A stretch of DNA of 64,000 nt from Polyangiales bacterium (GTDB lineage: Bacteria > Myxococcota_A > Polyangia > Polyangiales > Ga0077539): contig JBGARZ010000012.1 of assembly GCA_044229975.1 (NCBI GenBank), positions 32,001 to 96,000 of the forward strand, given 5' to 3'. The first letter of the stretch is position 1; the number at the start of each line of letters is the position of its first letter. The position numbers and the translations under genes are program-made. This document shows positions 9,111 to 20,969 of this stretch, piece after piece. The notes beneath the pieces are model-generated. The model was not told where the DNA came from. It made no database searches and was given only the letters and a program-made list of their open reading frames with translations.

Positions 9111-11888
9111 ATGAGCGCCCCCGAAGCTATCTGGCACGCGATGACCGTCGACGAGGTGGTGCGCGCCCGCGGCACCAACCTCGAACGGGGACTCTCCACC
9201 GAGGAGGTCAAACGTCTGCGCGAGCAGTTCGGCCCCAACGCGCTGCCGCCGCCGCCGAAGCCCTCGGTGGTGATGCAGATCCTCGGACAGTTTCTCAACC
9301 CCTTCGTCGGAACGCTGCTGGTCGCCGCGGGCATCGCCGTCGGCGTCGCCACCATGGGTCACGAGCCGGGCGCGCCGCGCGGCCTCGCGCGCTTCAGCGA
9401 CGCCATCGCCATCCTCACCATCGTCATCGTCAACGCGTTCATCGGCTTCTATCAGGAGCGCAAGGCCGAGAAGGCGCTCGACGCGCTGATGAAGCTGTCG
9501 GCCGCGAAGTGCAAGGTGCGGCGCAGCGGGGAGATCCTGCACGCCGACGCGCGGCAGCTCGTGCCGGGCGACCTCGTGTTGCTGGAGGCGGGCGACAAGG
9601 TTCCGGCCGACCTGCGGCTGGTGAGCGTGACGGAGCTTCAGACCGTCGAAGGCGAGCTCACGGGCGAGAGCACGCCGGTGGAGAAGAGCGTCGACGCGAC
9701 CGTGGCGAAGGACGCGGGCGTGGGCGACCAGGTGACGATGGCGTTTTCGGGCACGCAGGTGGTGCACGGCGAGGCGCGCGGCGTGGTGGTGGCCACCGGT
9801 CGCGACACGCAGGTGGGCCGCGTCGGAACGATGCTGAGCGAGGTGGTCAAGCAGCAGTCGCCGCTGGAAGAGCGGCTCGACCAGTTCAGCGCGCAGATTC
9901 TGTGGGTGACGCTCGCGCTGAGCGCGCTGTTGTTCATCATCGGGTTCGTGAAGGGCGGGCTGTGGCACGTGCTGCTGCTCACGGCGGTGAGCGTGGCGGT
10001 GGCGGTCATCCCCGAGGGCCTGCCCGCGATCACGTCCATCACGCTCGCGCTCGGGATGCAGCGCATGGCGCAGCGCGGGGCGGTGGTGCGCAAGCTCGCG
10101 GCGGTGGAGACGCTCGGCTGCGCGACGGTGATCTGCTCCGACAAGACCGGGACGCTCACCCGCAACGAGATGACGGTGCGCGCGCTCGCGGTGGAGGGCT
10201 TCGCCTTCGACGTGACGGGCGAGGGCATCGGCAACACCGGTGAGTTCAAGGTGAAGGGCGCGAAGGTCGAGTCGCTGCCCGAGTCGGCGAAGCGCGCGAT
10301 GGTGGCCGCGGTGATCGCCAACACCGCGTCGATCCAGCGGGTGGCGGGCGCGACGCCGGTGCTGGTGGGCGACCCGACAGAGGTCGCGCTGCTGGTGCTG
10401 GGCGAGAAGGCGGGGCTGACCCGCGCGGCCGTGATGAAGGGCCGCGACGAGCTGCTCAACATCCCCTTCAACAGCGCCCGCAAGCGCATGACGGTGGTGA
10501 CCCGCGAGCGCGTCGAGGGAGTCGATCGCGTGGTGTCGCGCAGCAAGGGCGCCATCGACGTGCTGCTGCCGCTCTGTACGCACGCCCTCTCGGAGGGCGG
10601 CGCGGTGGTGGCGCTGGATGACGCGCGGCGGGCGGCGATCCAGACCGAGGCCGACGCGATGTCGTCGCGGGCGCTGCGGGTGCTCGCGATGGCCGAGCGC
10701 ACGCTGGACGGTGACATCGCCGACCGCGAGGAGTCCGAGCGCAACCTCACGTACCTCGGGATGGTGGGGATGATCGACCCGCCGCGCGCGGAGGTTCGCT
10801 CGGCGGTGGAGCTGTCGCGGGTGGCGGGCATCCGCGTGGTGATGATCACGGGCGACCACCCGGTGACGGCGGTGGCCATCGCGAAGGAGCTGGGTCTCTG
10901 GCGCGACGACGCGAAGGTGCTGACGGGCGACGACCTGCGGCGCATGGACGACGCAGAGCTGAGCGCGGCGCTGCCGACGGTGCGGGTGTTCGCGCGCGTC
11001 GACCCGGAGCACAAGCTGCGCATCGTTCAGTTGCTCCAGGCGCGCAACGACGTGGTGGCGATGACGGGCGACGGGGTCAACGACGCGCCGGCCATCAAGC
11101 AGGCCGCCATCGGCGTGGCGATGGGCCGCGGCGGGACGGACGTGGCGCGTGAGGCCGCGGACATGGTGCTGCAGGACGACAACTTCGCGACCATCGTCGA
11201 GGCCGTGCGCGAGGGCCGGGCGATCTACCGCAACATCCAGAAGTCGATCTTCTTCCTGCTGAGCAGCAACGCGGGTCTGTGCATCGCGGTGTTCGTCGCG
11301 AGCTTCTTCACGCCGCAGCAGGTGCCGCCGCTGACGGCGTTGCAGATCCTCTGGATCAACCTGGTGACCAACGGGTTGCCCGCGCTGGCGCTGGGGGTCG
11401 ATCCGCCGGAGGCGGGGCAGATGCAGGAGTCGCCGCGCGCGCCCGACGCGCCCATCATGGGCCGCGCGGACTGGGTGGGGATTCTCGTGGTGGGCGTGCT
11501 GATGGCGGCGGCGGCGATGGCCATCTACGCGCTGCCGATCTGGTCGGGGCACACGGCGCACGAGATCGAACGCTCGAAGCTGTCGATGGTGTTCACGCTG
11601 CTGGCGCTGTCGCCGCTGGCGCATGCGTTCAACTGCCGCTCGCGCACGGCGTCGATCTTCAAGCTGGGGGTGTTCTCCAACCCGCTGCTGGTGGCGGCCG
11701 TGGTGGTGTCGGCGGCGATACACCTGATGGCGCTGGTGGTGCCGGGGTTGCAGCCGGTGTTCCGCACCGACCACCACTGGACGGGGATGGAGATCCTCGC
11801 GACGGTGGGGTTGTCGCTGCTGCCGGTGCCGGTGATCGAGCTGGCCAAGGCGCTCAAGATCGGCGCGCCGAAGGCCGCGGTAGGTTAG
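9111..11888 (+). CDS. P2A-like cation-transporting P-type ATPase with atypical ion-binding residues
   Basis: LTGES, IPEGL, DKTGTLT, MITGD, TGDGVNDAPA motifs and about 10 TM segments; alternative start 9093. Confidence 0.95.
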   Translation: MSAPEAIWHAMTVDEVVRARGTNLERGLSTEEVKRLREQFGPNALPPPPKPSVVMQILGQFLNPFVGTLLVAAGIAVGVATMGHEPGAPRGLARFSDAIAILTIVIVNAFIGFYQERKAEKALDALMKLSAAKCKVRRSGEILHADARQLVPGDLVLLEAGDKVPADLRLVSVTELQTVEGELTGESTPVEKSVDATVAKDAGVGDQVTMAFSGTQVVHGEARGVVVATGRDTQVGRVGTMLSEVVKQQSPLEERLDQFSAQILWVTLALSALLFIIGFVKGGLWHVLLLTAVSVAVAVIPEGLPAITSITLALGMQRMAQRGAVVRKLAAVETLGCATVICSDKTGTLTRNEMTVRALAVEGFAFDVTGEGIGNTGEFKVKGAKVESLPESAKRAMVAAVIANTASIQRVAGATPVLVGDPTEVALLVLGEKAGLTRAAVMKGRDELLNIPFNSARKRMTVVTRERVEGVDRVVSRSKGAIDVLLPLCTHALSEGGAVVALDDARRAAIQTEADAMSSRALRVLAMAERTLDGDIADREESERNLTYLGMVGMIDPPRAEVRSAVELSRVAGIRVVMITGDHPVTAVAIAKELGLWRDDAKVLTGDDLRRMDDAELSAALPTVRVFARVDPEHKLRIVQLLQARNDVVAMTGDGVNDAPAIKQAAIGVAMGRGGTDVAREAADMVLQDDNFATIVEAVREGRAIYRNIQKSIFFLLSSNAGLCIAVFVASFFTPQQVPPLTALQILWINLVTNGLPALALGVDPPEAGQMQESPRAPDAPIMGRADWVGILVVGVLMAAAAMAIYALPIWSGHTAHEIERSKLSMVFTLLALSPLAHAFNCRSRTASIFKLGVFSNPLLVAAVVVSAAIHLMALVVPGLQPVFRTDHHWTGMEILATVGLSLLPVPVIELAKALKIGAPKAAVG

Positions 11889-13699
11889 CGCTTCTTCGGC
11901 TTGTCCGCGGTCGTTGGTCGGTAGCCCGCGACGGCCTCGTCGACGCTCCAGAGCAGCGCGGTGGTGTCCCAGCCCGCGGTCACGAGACGCGTCCCGTCGT
12001 GGGTGAACGCAAGCGTCTCGGGTGAGGTCGCGGGGCCCTCGACGCGGGCGATCTCGCGCATCGTGGCGACGTCGAAGAGGCGGGTGTCGCGGTCGGTGGC
12101 GACGGCGAGGCGATCGCCCGCTGGCGCGTAGACGACGGCCTGGATGGGTGATCCCGTCAGGGCCTTCCAGAGCGCGCGTTCGACGCCGTCGGGGACGCCG
12201 ATGCGGTACAGCGCCTTCGGGGTCCAGGCGGCGACTTCGTCACCCGATGGAGAGAGCGCGAGCCCCCCGGCCGAGCGCACCTTCGCGACCGAGACCGCGG
12301 CGTGTTGGGCGAGGTCCCAGCAGGTGATCCTGCTGCGGTCGAGGATGACCGCGTACCGCTCGTCGGCTGCGAAGAGCAGATCGATGGTCTCGCTCTTGAA
12401 CGACCGTGCAACACCCGCCGCGTTGGTGAGCGTGAGACGCCCGCGGAAGGCTGTCGCGCGCACGGTGCGACCGCGCCACTCCTGGTGGACGTCGGCGGGA
12501 GGCGGGCGGGGAGTGAGCGTGCGGGCGGCGACGTCGAGTTCGAGGTTGCCGTCGCGAGAGGCCGCCGTCACCTCGTAGCGGTCGACCTCAGGGAGCGGGT
12601 GCAGCGCGGTGACGTAGGCGGCGAGCGGGGCGGTGTGCAGCGGCGCGGCGTCGCGCAGCGACCACCAGCGGGCCTCGCGCGAACCGGCGAGGGTCACGAC
12701 AGCGGCGTCGTCGCGAGAGACCGCGATGCCCTGGACCGGAACGGTGTGATCGGTGGTCGGGGCACGCTCGGTGAACGTGGCGAGGTCGAGCAGGACGAGG
12801 CGCGGTCCTTCGCCAAACACGACGGCGGTTGCGTCGGGTGTGAGGCAGAGGGCGGTGTTGGTACGAGCGACGCGGTGGGTGGCGAGTCGCTTGTGGGTGG
12901 TGAGGTCCCAGAGACAGACGGCGCCGTCTTCGCCCAGGGAGACCACGCGAGCGCCGTCGGGGGTGACGACGACGCGGGAGGCTGACGCGGTGTGGGCCTT
13001 CCAGCGGGCGACGGTGTCACCAGTGCGGACATCGAAGACGACGATGGCACCCGAGCAGGTGGGGACCACGAGGCGTGCGCCGTCGGGGGTGAAGACCGCG
13101 TCGTTGGGCATGAGGTCGGCGCGGCCGAAGGAGCGGATGAGCTTCCCGTCGGCGACAGACCAGAGCGCGACGGGAGCGTCGCAGTCGGTGGTGACGACGG
13201 TGGTGTCGTCGGAGGAGAAGGTGGCGGCCTGGAGGTACTGGCCGCGGTCGATGGAGAGGGCGGCGCGGGTGGAGCCATCGCGGTTGAGCAGCGCACCAAA
13301 GCGGGTGAAGCCGCCGACGAGGAGGGTCTGTCCGTCGTGGGAGGCGGAGAGTGCGATGACGGAGTGGGACGGCAGTGGGACGGCGGAGCGCAGAACACCA
13401 GTGGCGGCGTCGAAGAAGGAGAGCGATCCGCCGAGGCCGACGGTGACGAGAAGGTCGCCCGCGGGGTCAGGGAGGAGATGGCAATAGCAGGCGCCGTGGG
13501 CGGAGTTGGACCAGCGGGTGCGGCCGATGGCGACGTCGATGGCGGCGACGCCGGCGCTGGTGACGAACGCGGTGGCGCCATCGCGGGAGAAGGCGATGTC
13601 GTCGATGCCGATGAAGTGGGAACGCCAGCGGGTAGTCCCGAAGCGGGCTATGGCGAAGGGAGGGAGCGGGTCGCCGTGGGCGTCGTGGCGGGGGTTCAT
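11885..13699 (-). CDS. WD40/beta-propeller repeat protein
   Basis: Repeated FSxDG/FTPDG..LVS.GxD..V.LWD units; N-terminal DAHGDPLPP..ARFGT motif. Confidence 0.85.
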   Translation of the reverse strand: MNPRHDAHGDPLPPFAIARFGTTRWRSHFIGIDDIAFSRDGATAFVTSAGVAAIDVAIGRTRWSNSAHGACYCHLLPDPAGDLLVTVGLGGSLSFFDAATGVLRSAVPLPSHSVIALSASHDGQTLLVGGFTRFGALLNRDGSTRAALSIDRGQYLQAATFSSDDTTVVTTDCDAPVALWSVADGKLIRSFGRADLMPNDAVFTPDGARLVVPTCSGAIVVFDVRTGDTVARWKAHTASASRVVVTPDGARVVSLGEDGAVCLWDLTTHKRLATHRVARTNTALCLTPDATAVVFGEGPRLVLLDLATFTERAPTTDHTVPVQGIAVSRDDAAVVTLAGSREARWWSLRDAAPLHTAPLAAYVTALHPLPEVDRYEVTAASRDGNLELDVAARTLTPRPPPADVHQEWRGRTVRATAFRGRLTLTNAAGVARSFKSETIDLLFAADERYAVILDRSRITCWDLAQHAAVSVAKVRSAGGLALSPSGDEVAAWTPKALYRIGVPDGVERALWKALTGSPIQAVVYAPAGDRLAVATDRDTRLFDVATMREIARVEGPATSPETLAFTHDGTRLVTAGWDTTALLWSVDEAVAGYRPTTADKPKKR

Positions 13700-13785
13700 G
13701 GCGGGAGGGAGAGGCTACCGTGGAAGCCGACTACAACCGATGCGTTGACGCCCTCCTCGTGAACCTCTACCCACCGCCATCCCCA

Positions 13786-14446
13786 ATGCCCCGCCCCCGC
13801 CTGAAGGTCTGCTGCATCTCCTCCGTCGACGAAGCCCTCCTCGCCGTGCGCTGCGGCGCCGACGCGCTCGGCCTCGTCGGCCCGATGCCCAGCGGTCCCG
13901 GTGTCATCGCCGACGCGCTCATCCGCGAGATCGCCCTCGCCGCCCCGCCGCCTGTCGCCACCTTCCTGCTCACCAGCGAGACGCAGCCCGATCGCGTCGT
14001 CGCCCACGTCCTCGCCTCGCGCGTCAGCACGGTGCAGCTCGTCGACGACGCCGTCACGCCCGACGTCTACGCCGCCCTCCGCCGCGACGCGCCTGCGGTG
14101 AAGATCGTTCAGGTCGTCCACGTCGTCGACCGCGGCTCCGTCGACCGCGCCCTCGCCGCAGCGCCGCTCGTCGACGCGCTGCCTGCTCGACTCGGGCAAC
14201 CCCACCGCCGCCGTCCGCGAGCTCGGCGGAACCGGCCGCGTCCACGACTGGCATTTGAGCCGCGAGATCGTCGAGCGCGCCGGTCGCCCGGTCTTCCTCG
14301 CCGGTGGACTACGCAGCGCCAATGTCGGCGAGGCGCTACGCGCGGTGCGGCCTCACGCGGTCGACATCTGCTCGGGCGTTCGGACGGACGGGCGACTCGA
14401 CGAGGCGAAGCTCACGGCCTTCGTCGCCGCGCTCTCGGCGGAGTAG
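13786..14446 (+). pseudogene. trpF: Phosphoribosylanthranilate isomerase, frameshifted at ~14182
   Basis: Frame 1 gives LKVCCISS..ADALGLV..VQL..PLVDAL; one extra C at ~14182; next frame continues LLDSGNP..LGGTGRVHDW..VFLAGGL..VDICSGVR. Confidence 0.85.
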
Positions 14447-14479
14447 GCGCGCCCTCGGGCGCGTGCGGCCTCACGCACC

Positions 14480-15187
14480 TCACAACCCGAGATCAAATCC
14501 CGCCCGCAGGTTGACCCCCAACAGAAACGTCCGCGCCTGGTCGGTGTCGATGCCGCGCAGGTCGCGCAGGTCGACGCCGAAGCCCACCAGCGCCTTGTCG
14601 AACACCACCTCCATCGACGCCCCGGCGTGCCAGCCCAGGGCCACCTGGTCGTACCGCTGGCTCGCCGTCGTGCGCTCGTTCACGCCCGCCGTCTCGCCCG
14701 TCGCCACGTCGCCCAACCCCGCGTCCGCGAGCTGGCCCGACATGCCCACGGTGCCCGTCACCCACCACCTTCGTGTGCCGCTGCGCAGGCACGGCAGCTC
14801 CACCCGGAAGGCGTACCCCAGGTCGACCACGCCCCGCGTCCACGCCGACTCCCCGCCGACGCCCAGCGTGGTGCCGTCGCTCCACAGCACGTTGGCGTCG
14901 ACGCCGTGGGTCATGCAGTGGCAGCCCCGCAGCGGAAACACCAACCGCGCGTTGACCCCGAGCGACATCGACGTCCCGCGGTCGTAGCCGTAGCCCGCGA
15001 GCGTCCCGGTGGTGGCGTGTTCGAGCGCGCCGTAGGTGAGCGCCACCGTGAGGTGAGGTTGATCCACCGGTCGGCGTAGGACCGCTGGCTCCACCATCAA
15101 CAGGGCCTCGGGTCGCGGCTGCGCCCCCGCCACCGAACCCGCCGACAACAAACACCCCAGCGCCCCGGAGACCAGCAGCCACCGCAT
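14480..15187 (-). CDS. Exported protein, probable small outer-membrane beta-barrel
   Basis: Signal peptide, amphipathic beta strands, C-terminus VNLRAGFDLGL; AGGAGG-like SD. Confidence 0.65.
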   Translation of the reverse strand: MRWLLVSGALGCLLSAGSVAGAQPRPEALLMVEPAVLRRPVDQPHLTVALTYGALEHATTGTLAGYGYDRGTSMSLGVNARLVFPLRGCHCMTHGVDANVLWSDGTTLGVGGESAWTRGVVDLGYAFRVELPCLRSGTRRWWVTGTVGMSGQLADAGLGDVATGETAGVNERTTASQRYDQVALGWHAGASMEVVFDKALVGFGVDLRDLRGIDTDQARTFLLGVNLRAGFDLGL

Positions 15188-15317
15188 CGACGAACCTCCT
15201 TCGAGTGTCGGAAGAACGCCTGCTTTGGGGGGTTCTTACACGGTCGCGGGCGAATCCTCGTCCTCGCTCGGGAAACGTGAATGCTCGGGGTGCGATGTTA
15301 GTCTGCCGACGACGACC

Positions 15318-18032
<2,715 letters not shown>

Positions 18033-18033
18033 G

Positions 18034-18687
18034 TCACCAGCCGAGGCGCTGAAGCTTCGTCCGCATCATCAACGAGAACGGGCGCGTCGGCGAAGCGTAC
18101 GCGCGGATCAGCGAGCGCTCGTCGTCGGTGGGTTTGCGACCTTCCTTGTTGGCCGTGGTGAGGACGGCGATCACGGCGTCGGACAGCCCTTGCAGTGCCT
18201 TCAGGCGCGCGATGTTCAGGTCGTCGCGGCCGAGGTTGTACTTGGCGATGGTGGACAGTCCCATGGGAGAGTCGTCACGCGGCGTGATGCACTCATCGTC
18301 GAAGAGCAGGTGTTGCTCAGGCGCAACGCCCGGCGCGCAAGGGTCGACGCAGCTCGCAACTGGGTGAGCAATGTTGGGCACCTTGTCGAGATTGCAGGGC
18401 TCGCATGACAGGTAGAGGTTCGACCACACGAAGGCGTCCTGCGGGCGCTCGGCGACCTCGACGTGGTGGTCGACCTGCTGCTCGCGCTCGGTCAGCGCAC
18501 GCTCGCAGTAGAAGCACTTGTGACTACTCATGCGGCGCAGCTCCCGACGCACCTGCGGGTGACCGTAGCAGCGATGGTCCGGTCTCTTCTGCGGGTTGCC
18601 CTGTCGCTCCGCGAGGTACTTCGCCGTCCAGGCGTCAGCCTTCTCCTCCAGGATGGCGGGCGTCGGCCCGCGCACGAGGGGAACCAT
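18034..18687 (-). CDS. HNH endonuclease (PtuB/Septu-like)
   Basis: KCFYCE..VDH..W.NLYLSCEPCNLDK; start overlaps the ATPase stop by 1 nt. Confidence 0.88.
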   Translation of the reverse strand: MVPLVRGPTPAILEEKADAWTAKYLAERQGNPQKRPDHRCYGHPQVRRELRRMSSHKCFYCERALTEREQQVDHHVEVAERPQDAFVWSNLYLSCEPCNLDKVPNIAHPVASCVDPCAPGVAPEQHLLFDDECITPRDDSPMGLSTIAKYNLGRDDLNIARLKALQGLSDAVIAVLTTANKEGRKPTDDERSLIRAYASPTRPFSLMMRTKLQRLGW

Positions 18688-19928
18688 CAGCTCGCCTTTC
18701 GCAGCGCTTCGATCTGTCGGTCGAGGTCGAGGTACCCGAAGTATGTGGGGTTGAGCGCCATGAGCTTCTGCTCGACCTCGCGACGGCGGGTGTCGTTCTT
18801 CGCGGCGATGGCAGTACGACGCTCTTCGAGGAGGGCGGCGATCTCACCGCTGAAGGGACCGGTCCCGTCGAAGGCGGGAGAGGCGAGGATCTCGTCGACG
18901 GGCTTGTTCTGGTACGCGGCGGTCTGTTCGGAGACGGTGGTGCGACGCGTGTCGGGGTCGTAGTGGCAGACATAGACGCGCGCGTCGGGCACCGAGGCGA
19001 GGACGAAGGGCGAGTGCGTCGCCGCGATGATCTGGAGGTTGGGGAAGATCTCGCGCACGCCAGGGAGGAAGCGCTTCTGCCAGGTCGGGTGCAGGTGGTT
19101 CTCGGCCTCGTCGATGAGCAGCAGGCCGGGCGCCTCGTGCATCGTCGCGGCGTCACTCACACGCAAGATGTGCAACGAGTAGAGGCGGCCCAGGAGAGAG
19201 ATCATGCGCTGGACGAGGTAGGCGTTGCCGCTGCTGATGTTGGCGAGGGGGACGTCCTGCCCACCTTGGCGAACCATCGGCGTGAAGGTCGATCGCTCGA
19301 TGTTGAGCAGCTCGCCGTCGAGCAGGCTGAAGCGGATGATCTTCTCGGCGAGCTTGAAGAGCGCTTCGCCGGTCGCGCGCTCACGAGGGTTGCGACTATC
19401 GCGGAGGTAATCGAAGTGACAGAGGAGCTGCGTGATCGATGCGCCGGAGATCGTGCCCTGGAGGCATCCCCGATAAAGGGCGCGGTGGTCGATCGCTCCG
19501 AGAGACGTGATGCGTGCGTCGTCGCTGGCAACCTGCGAGCGCCAGAAGTCGACGACCCAGGCGGGCGAGTGATCGAGTGCCTCAGCGAGTTGTTTGTACT
19601 TCTGCGAAGCGGTTGGCCAGATGTCGTTTCCTTCGGGTAGCAACGTCAGACGAACACGCTCCGCGACGACGTCATCCTCGTCGGTGAGGTGAAACGAGTG
19701 CCGCAACGTCACGTCTGACCGACTGCCTGTGCGACGAATATCCCGCTCCAGTTCGGCGAAGCTCGGCCCGAAGAACGCGCGGATCGCATCGAGGACGATG
19801 GTCTTCCCCGTCCCGTTCATCCCCGTGAGCAGCGTGACGCCCGGCGACGTGTCGCCCTCCGCGAGAAACTCCACCTCGGCCTGATCGAAGGGCCCGATGT
19901 TCTCCAGCTTGAGCGAGTAGAGGCGCAT
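18687..19928 (-). CDS. ABC-type/AAA_21 ATPase (PtuA/Septu-like)
   Basis: N-terminal LKLENIGPF, Walker A GMNGTGKT, ISSG signature, Walker B LLLIDEAENHLHPTWQ, ATHSP. Confidence 0.9.
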   Translation of the reverse strand: MRLYSLKLENIGPFDQAEVEFLAEGDTSPGVTLLTGMNGTGKTIVLDAIRAFFGPSFAELERDIRRTGSRSDVTLRHSFHLTDEDDVVAERVRLTLLPEGNDIWPTASQKYKQLAEALDHSPAWVVDFWRSQVASDDARITSLGAIDHRALYRGCLQGTISGASITQLLCHFDYLRDSRNPRERATGEALFKLAEKIIRFSLLDGELLNIERSTFTPMVRQGGQDVPLANISSGNAYLVQRMISLLGRLYSLHILRVSDAATMHEAPGLLLIDEAENHLHPTWQKRFLPGVREIFPNLQIIAATHSPFVLASVPDARVYVCHYDPDTRRTTVSEQTAAYQNKPVDEILASPAFDGTGPFSGEIAALLEERRTAIAAKNDTRRREVEQKLMALNPTYFGYLDLDRQIEALRKAS

Positions 19929-19998
19929 GGCGGAGCGGAGGATACGACGGACGGCCCGTTACCCGCGACACCCGTGCAGGGTCGCCGTTGGCGCGCCC

Positions 19999-20805
19999 TC
20001 AGTTCACGAGCGGCGGCGACCCGCCGGGTGGTGGACCGCGACGCGATCCATCGCGCACGCGCGGCGGGAGATCGCTTACCGTCACCGTGGGGCCCGATGC
20101 GAGCAGCACCGCCCGCTCGATGCAGATCTCAAGTTCGCGAACGTTGCCCGGCCACGGATACGTCTGCAACAGCTCCATCGCGTCCCTGGCGATGACCGAC
20201 GGGTGCTCGCAGCCGTTCCGCGCCGTGACCGTCTTCAGGAAGTGCCACGCGAGGAGCTCGATGTCTCCATGCCGTTCGCGAAGCGTCGGCAGGTGCACAC
20301 GCACCTCGCTGAGCTCCCGGTAGAGGTCTTCGCGAAAGCGGCCCGCAGCGATCTCGTCTTCCAGATCGCGGTTGGTCGCCGCCACCACGCGGATGTCGCA
20401 CCGTCGCGCCTCGGTGCCGCCGACCGGCGTGTACTCCCTCTGCTGAAGCAGCCGCACGATCGTCGTCTGTGACAACAGAGGCAGCTCGCCAATCTCGTCG
20501 AGAAAGAGCGTTCCGCCCTCTGCGAGAGCAAGCACTCCTTGAGATCCACGACGCGAGCACCTCGCGTCCCCGAACAAATGGATCTCAAGGAGCGACACCA
20601 GGATGGCGGCACAGTTGACGGTGACGATCTCCCGCTTGGCCCGCTGCGACCCATCGTGCAGCGCCGCCACGGCCAACTCCTTGCCCGTGCCGCTCTCCCC
20701 GGTCACCAGCACCGTGCGGTCCGATGGAGCCGCCCGCTCGATCGCTTGCAGCGCCGCCAGCAGATTCGGATGTCGACCCACGATCCTCCCCTGACTCGTC
20801 ATCAT
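19999..20805 (-). CDS. Stand-alone degenerate sigma54-interaction AAA+ domain (no GAFTGA, no HTH, no sensor domain)
   Basis: GESGTGKE, VNCAAI, LFLDEIGEL, RFREDLY, WPGNVREL present; GAFTGA loop replaced by LFGDARCSRRGSQG; start could be 20850. Confidence 0.8.
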   Translation of the reverse strand: MMTSQGRIVGRHPNLLAALQAIERAAPSDRTVLVTGESGTGKELAVAALHDGSQRAKREIVTVNCAAILVSLLEIHLFGDARCSRRGSQGVLALAEGGTLFLDEIGELPLLSQTTIVRLLQQREYTPVGGTEARRCDIRVVAATNRDLEDEIAAGRFREDLYRELSEVRVHLPTLRERHGDIELLAWHFLKTVTARNGCEHPSVIARDAMELLQTYPWPGNVRELEICIERAVLLASGPTVTVSDLPPRVRDGSRRGPPPGGSPPLVN

Positions 20806-20969
20806 TGGACTCACCCATCGCTCTTTCGAGACGTCCGACCCGACGCGCATTCCATCGCTCGACCCGACCCGGCGTCAACGACGCCGCTGCATCGCCACCG
20901 CGCGCGTCCACCTCGCCACCGACCAGCCAAGCCCCAAACATTCGTTGCGCTTGACGACCGCTGGCGTCC

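Noticed and set aside
8088..11777. 1229-aa minus-strand ORF, and similar long ORFs at 37819-40278, 47957-50485, 55347-57986, 59961-63236
   Set aside because: Antisense shadows of the ATPase, clpB, HEAT, oxidase and kinase genes; no recognisable motifs
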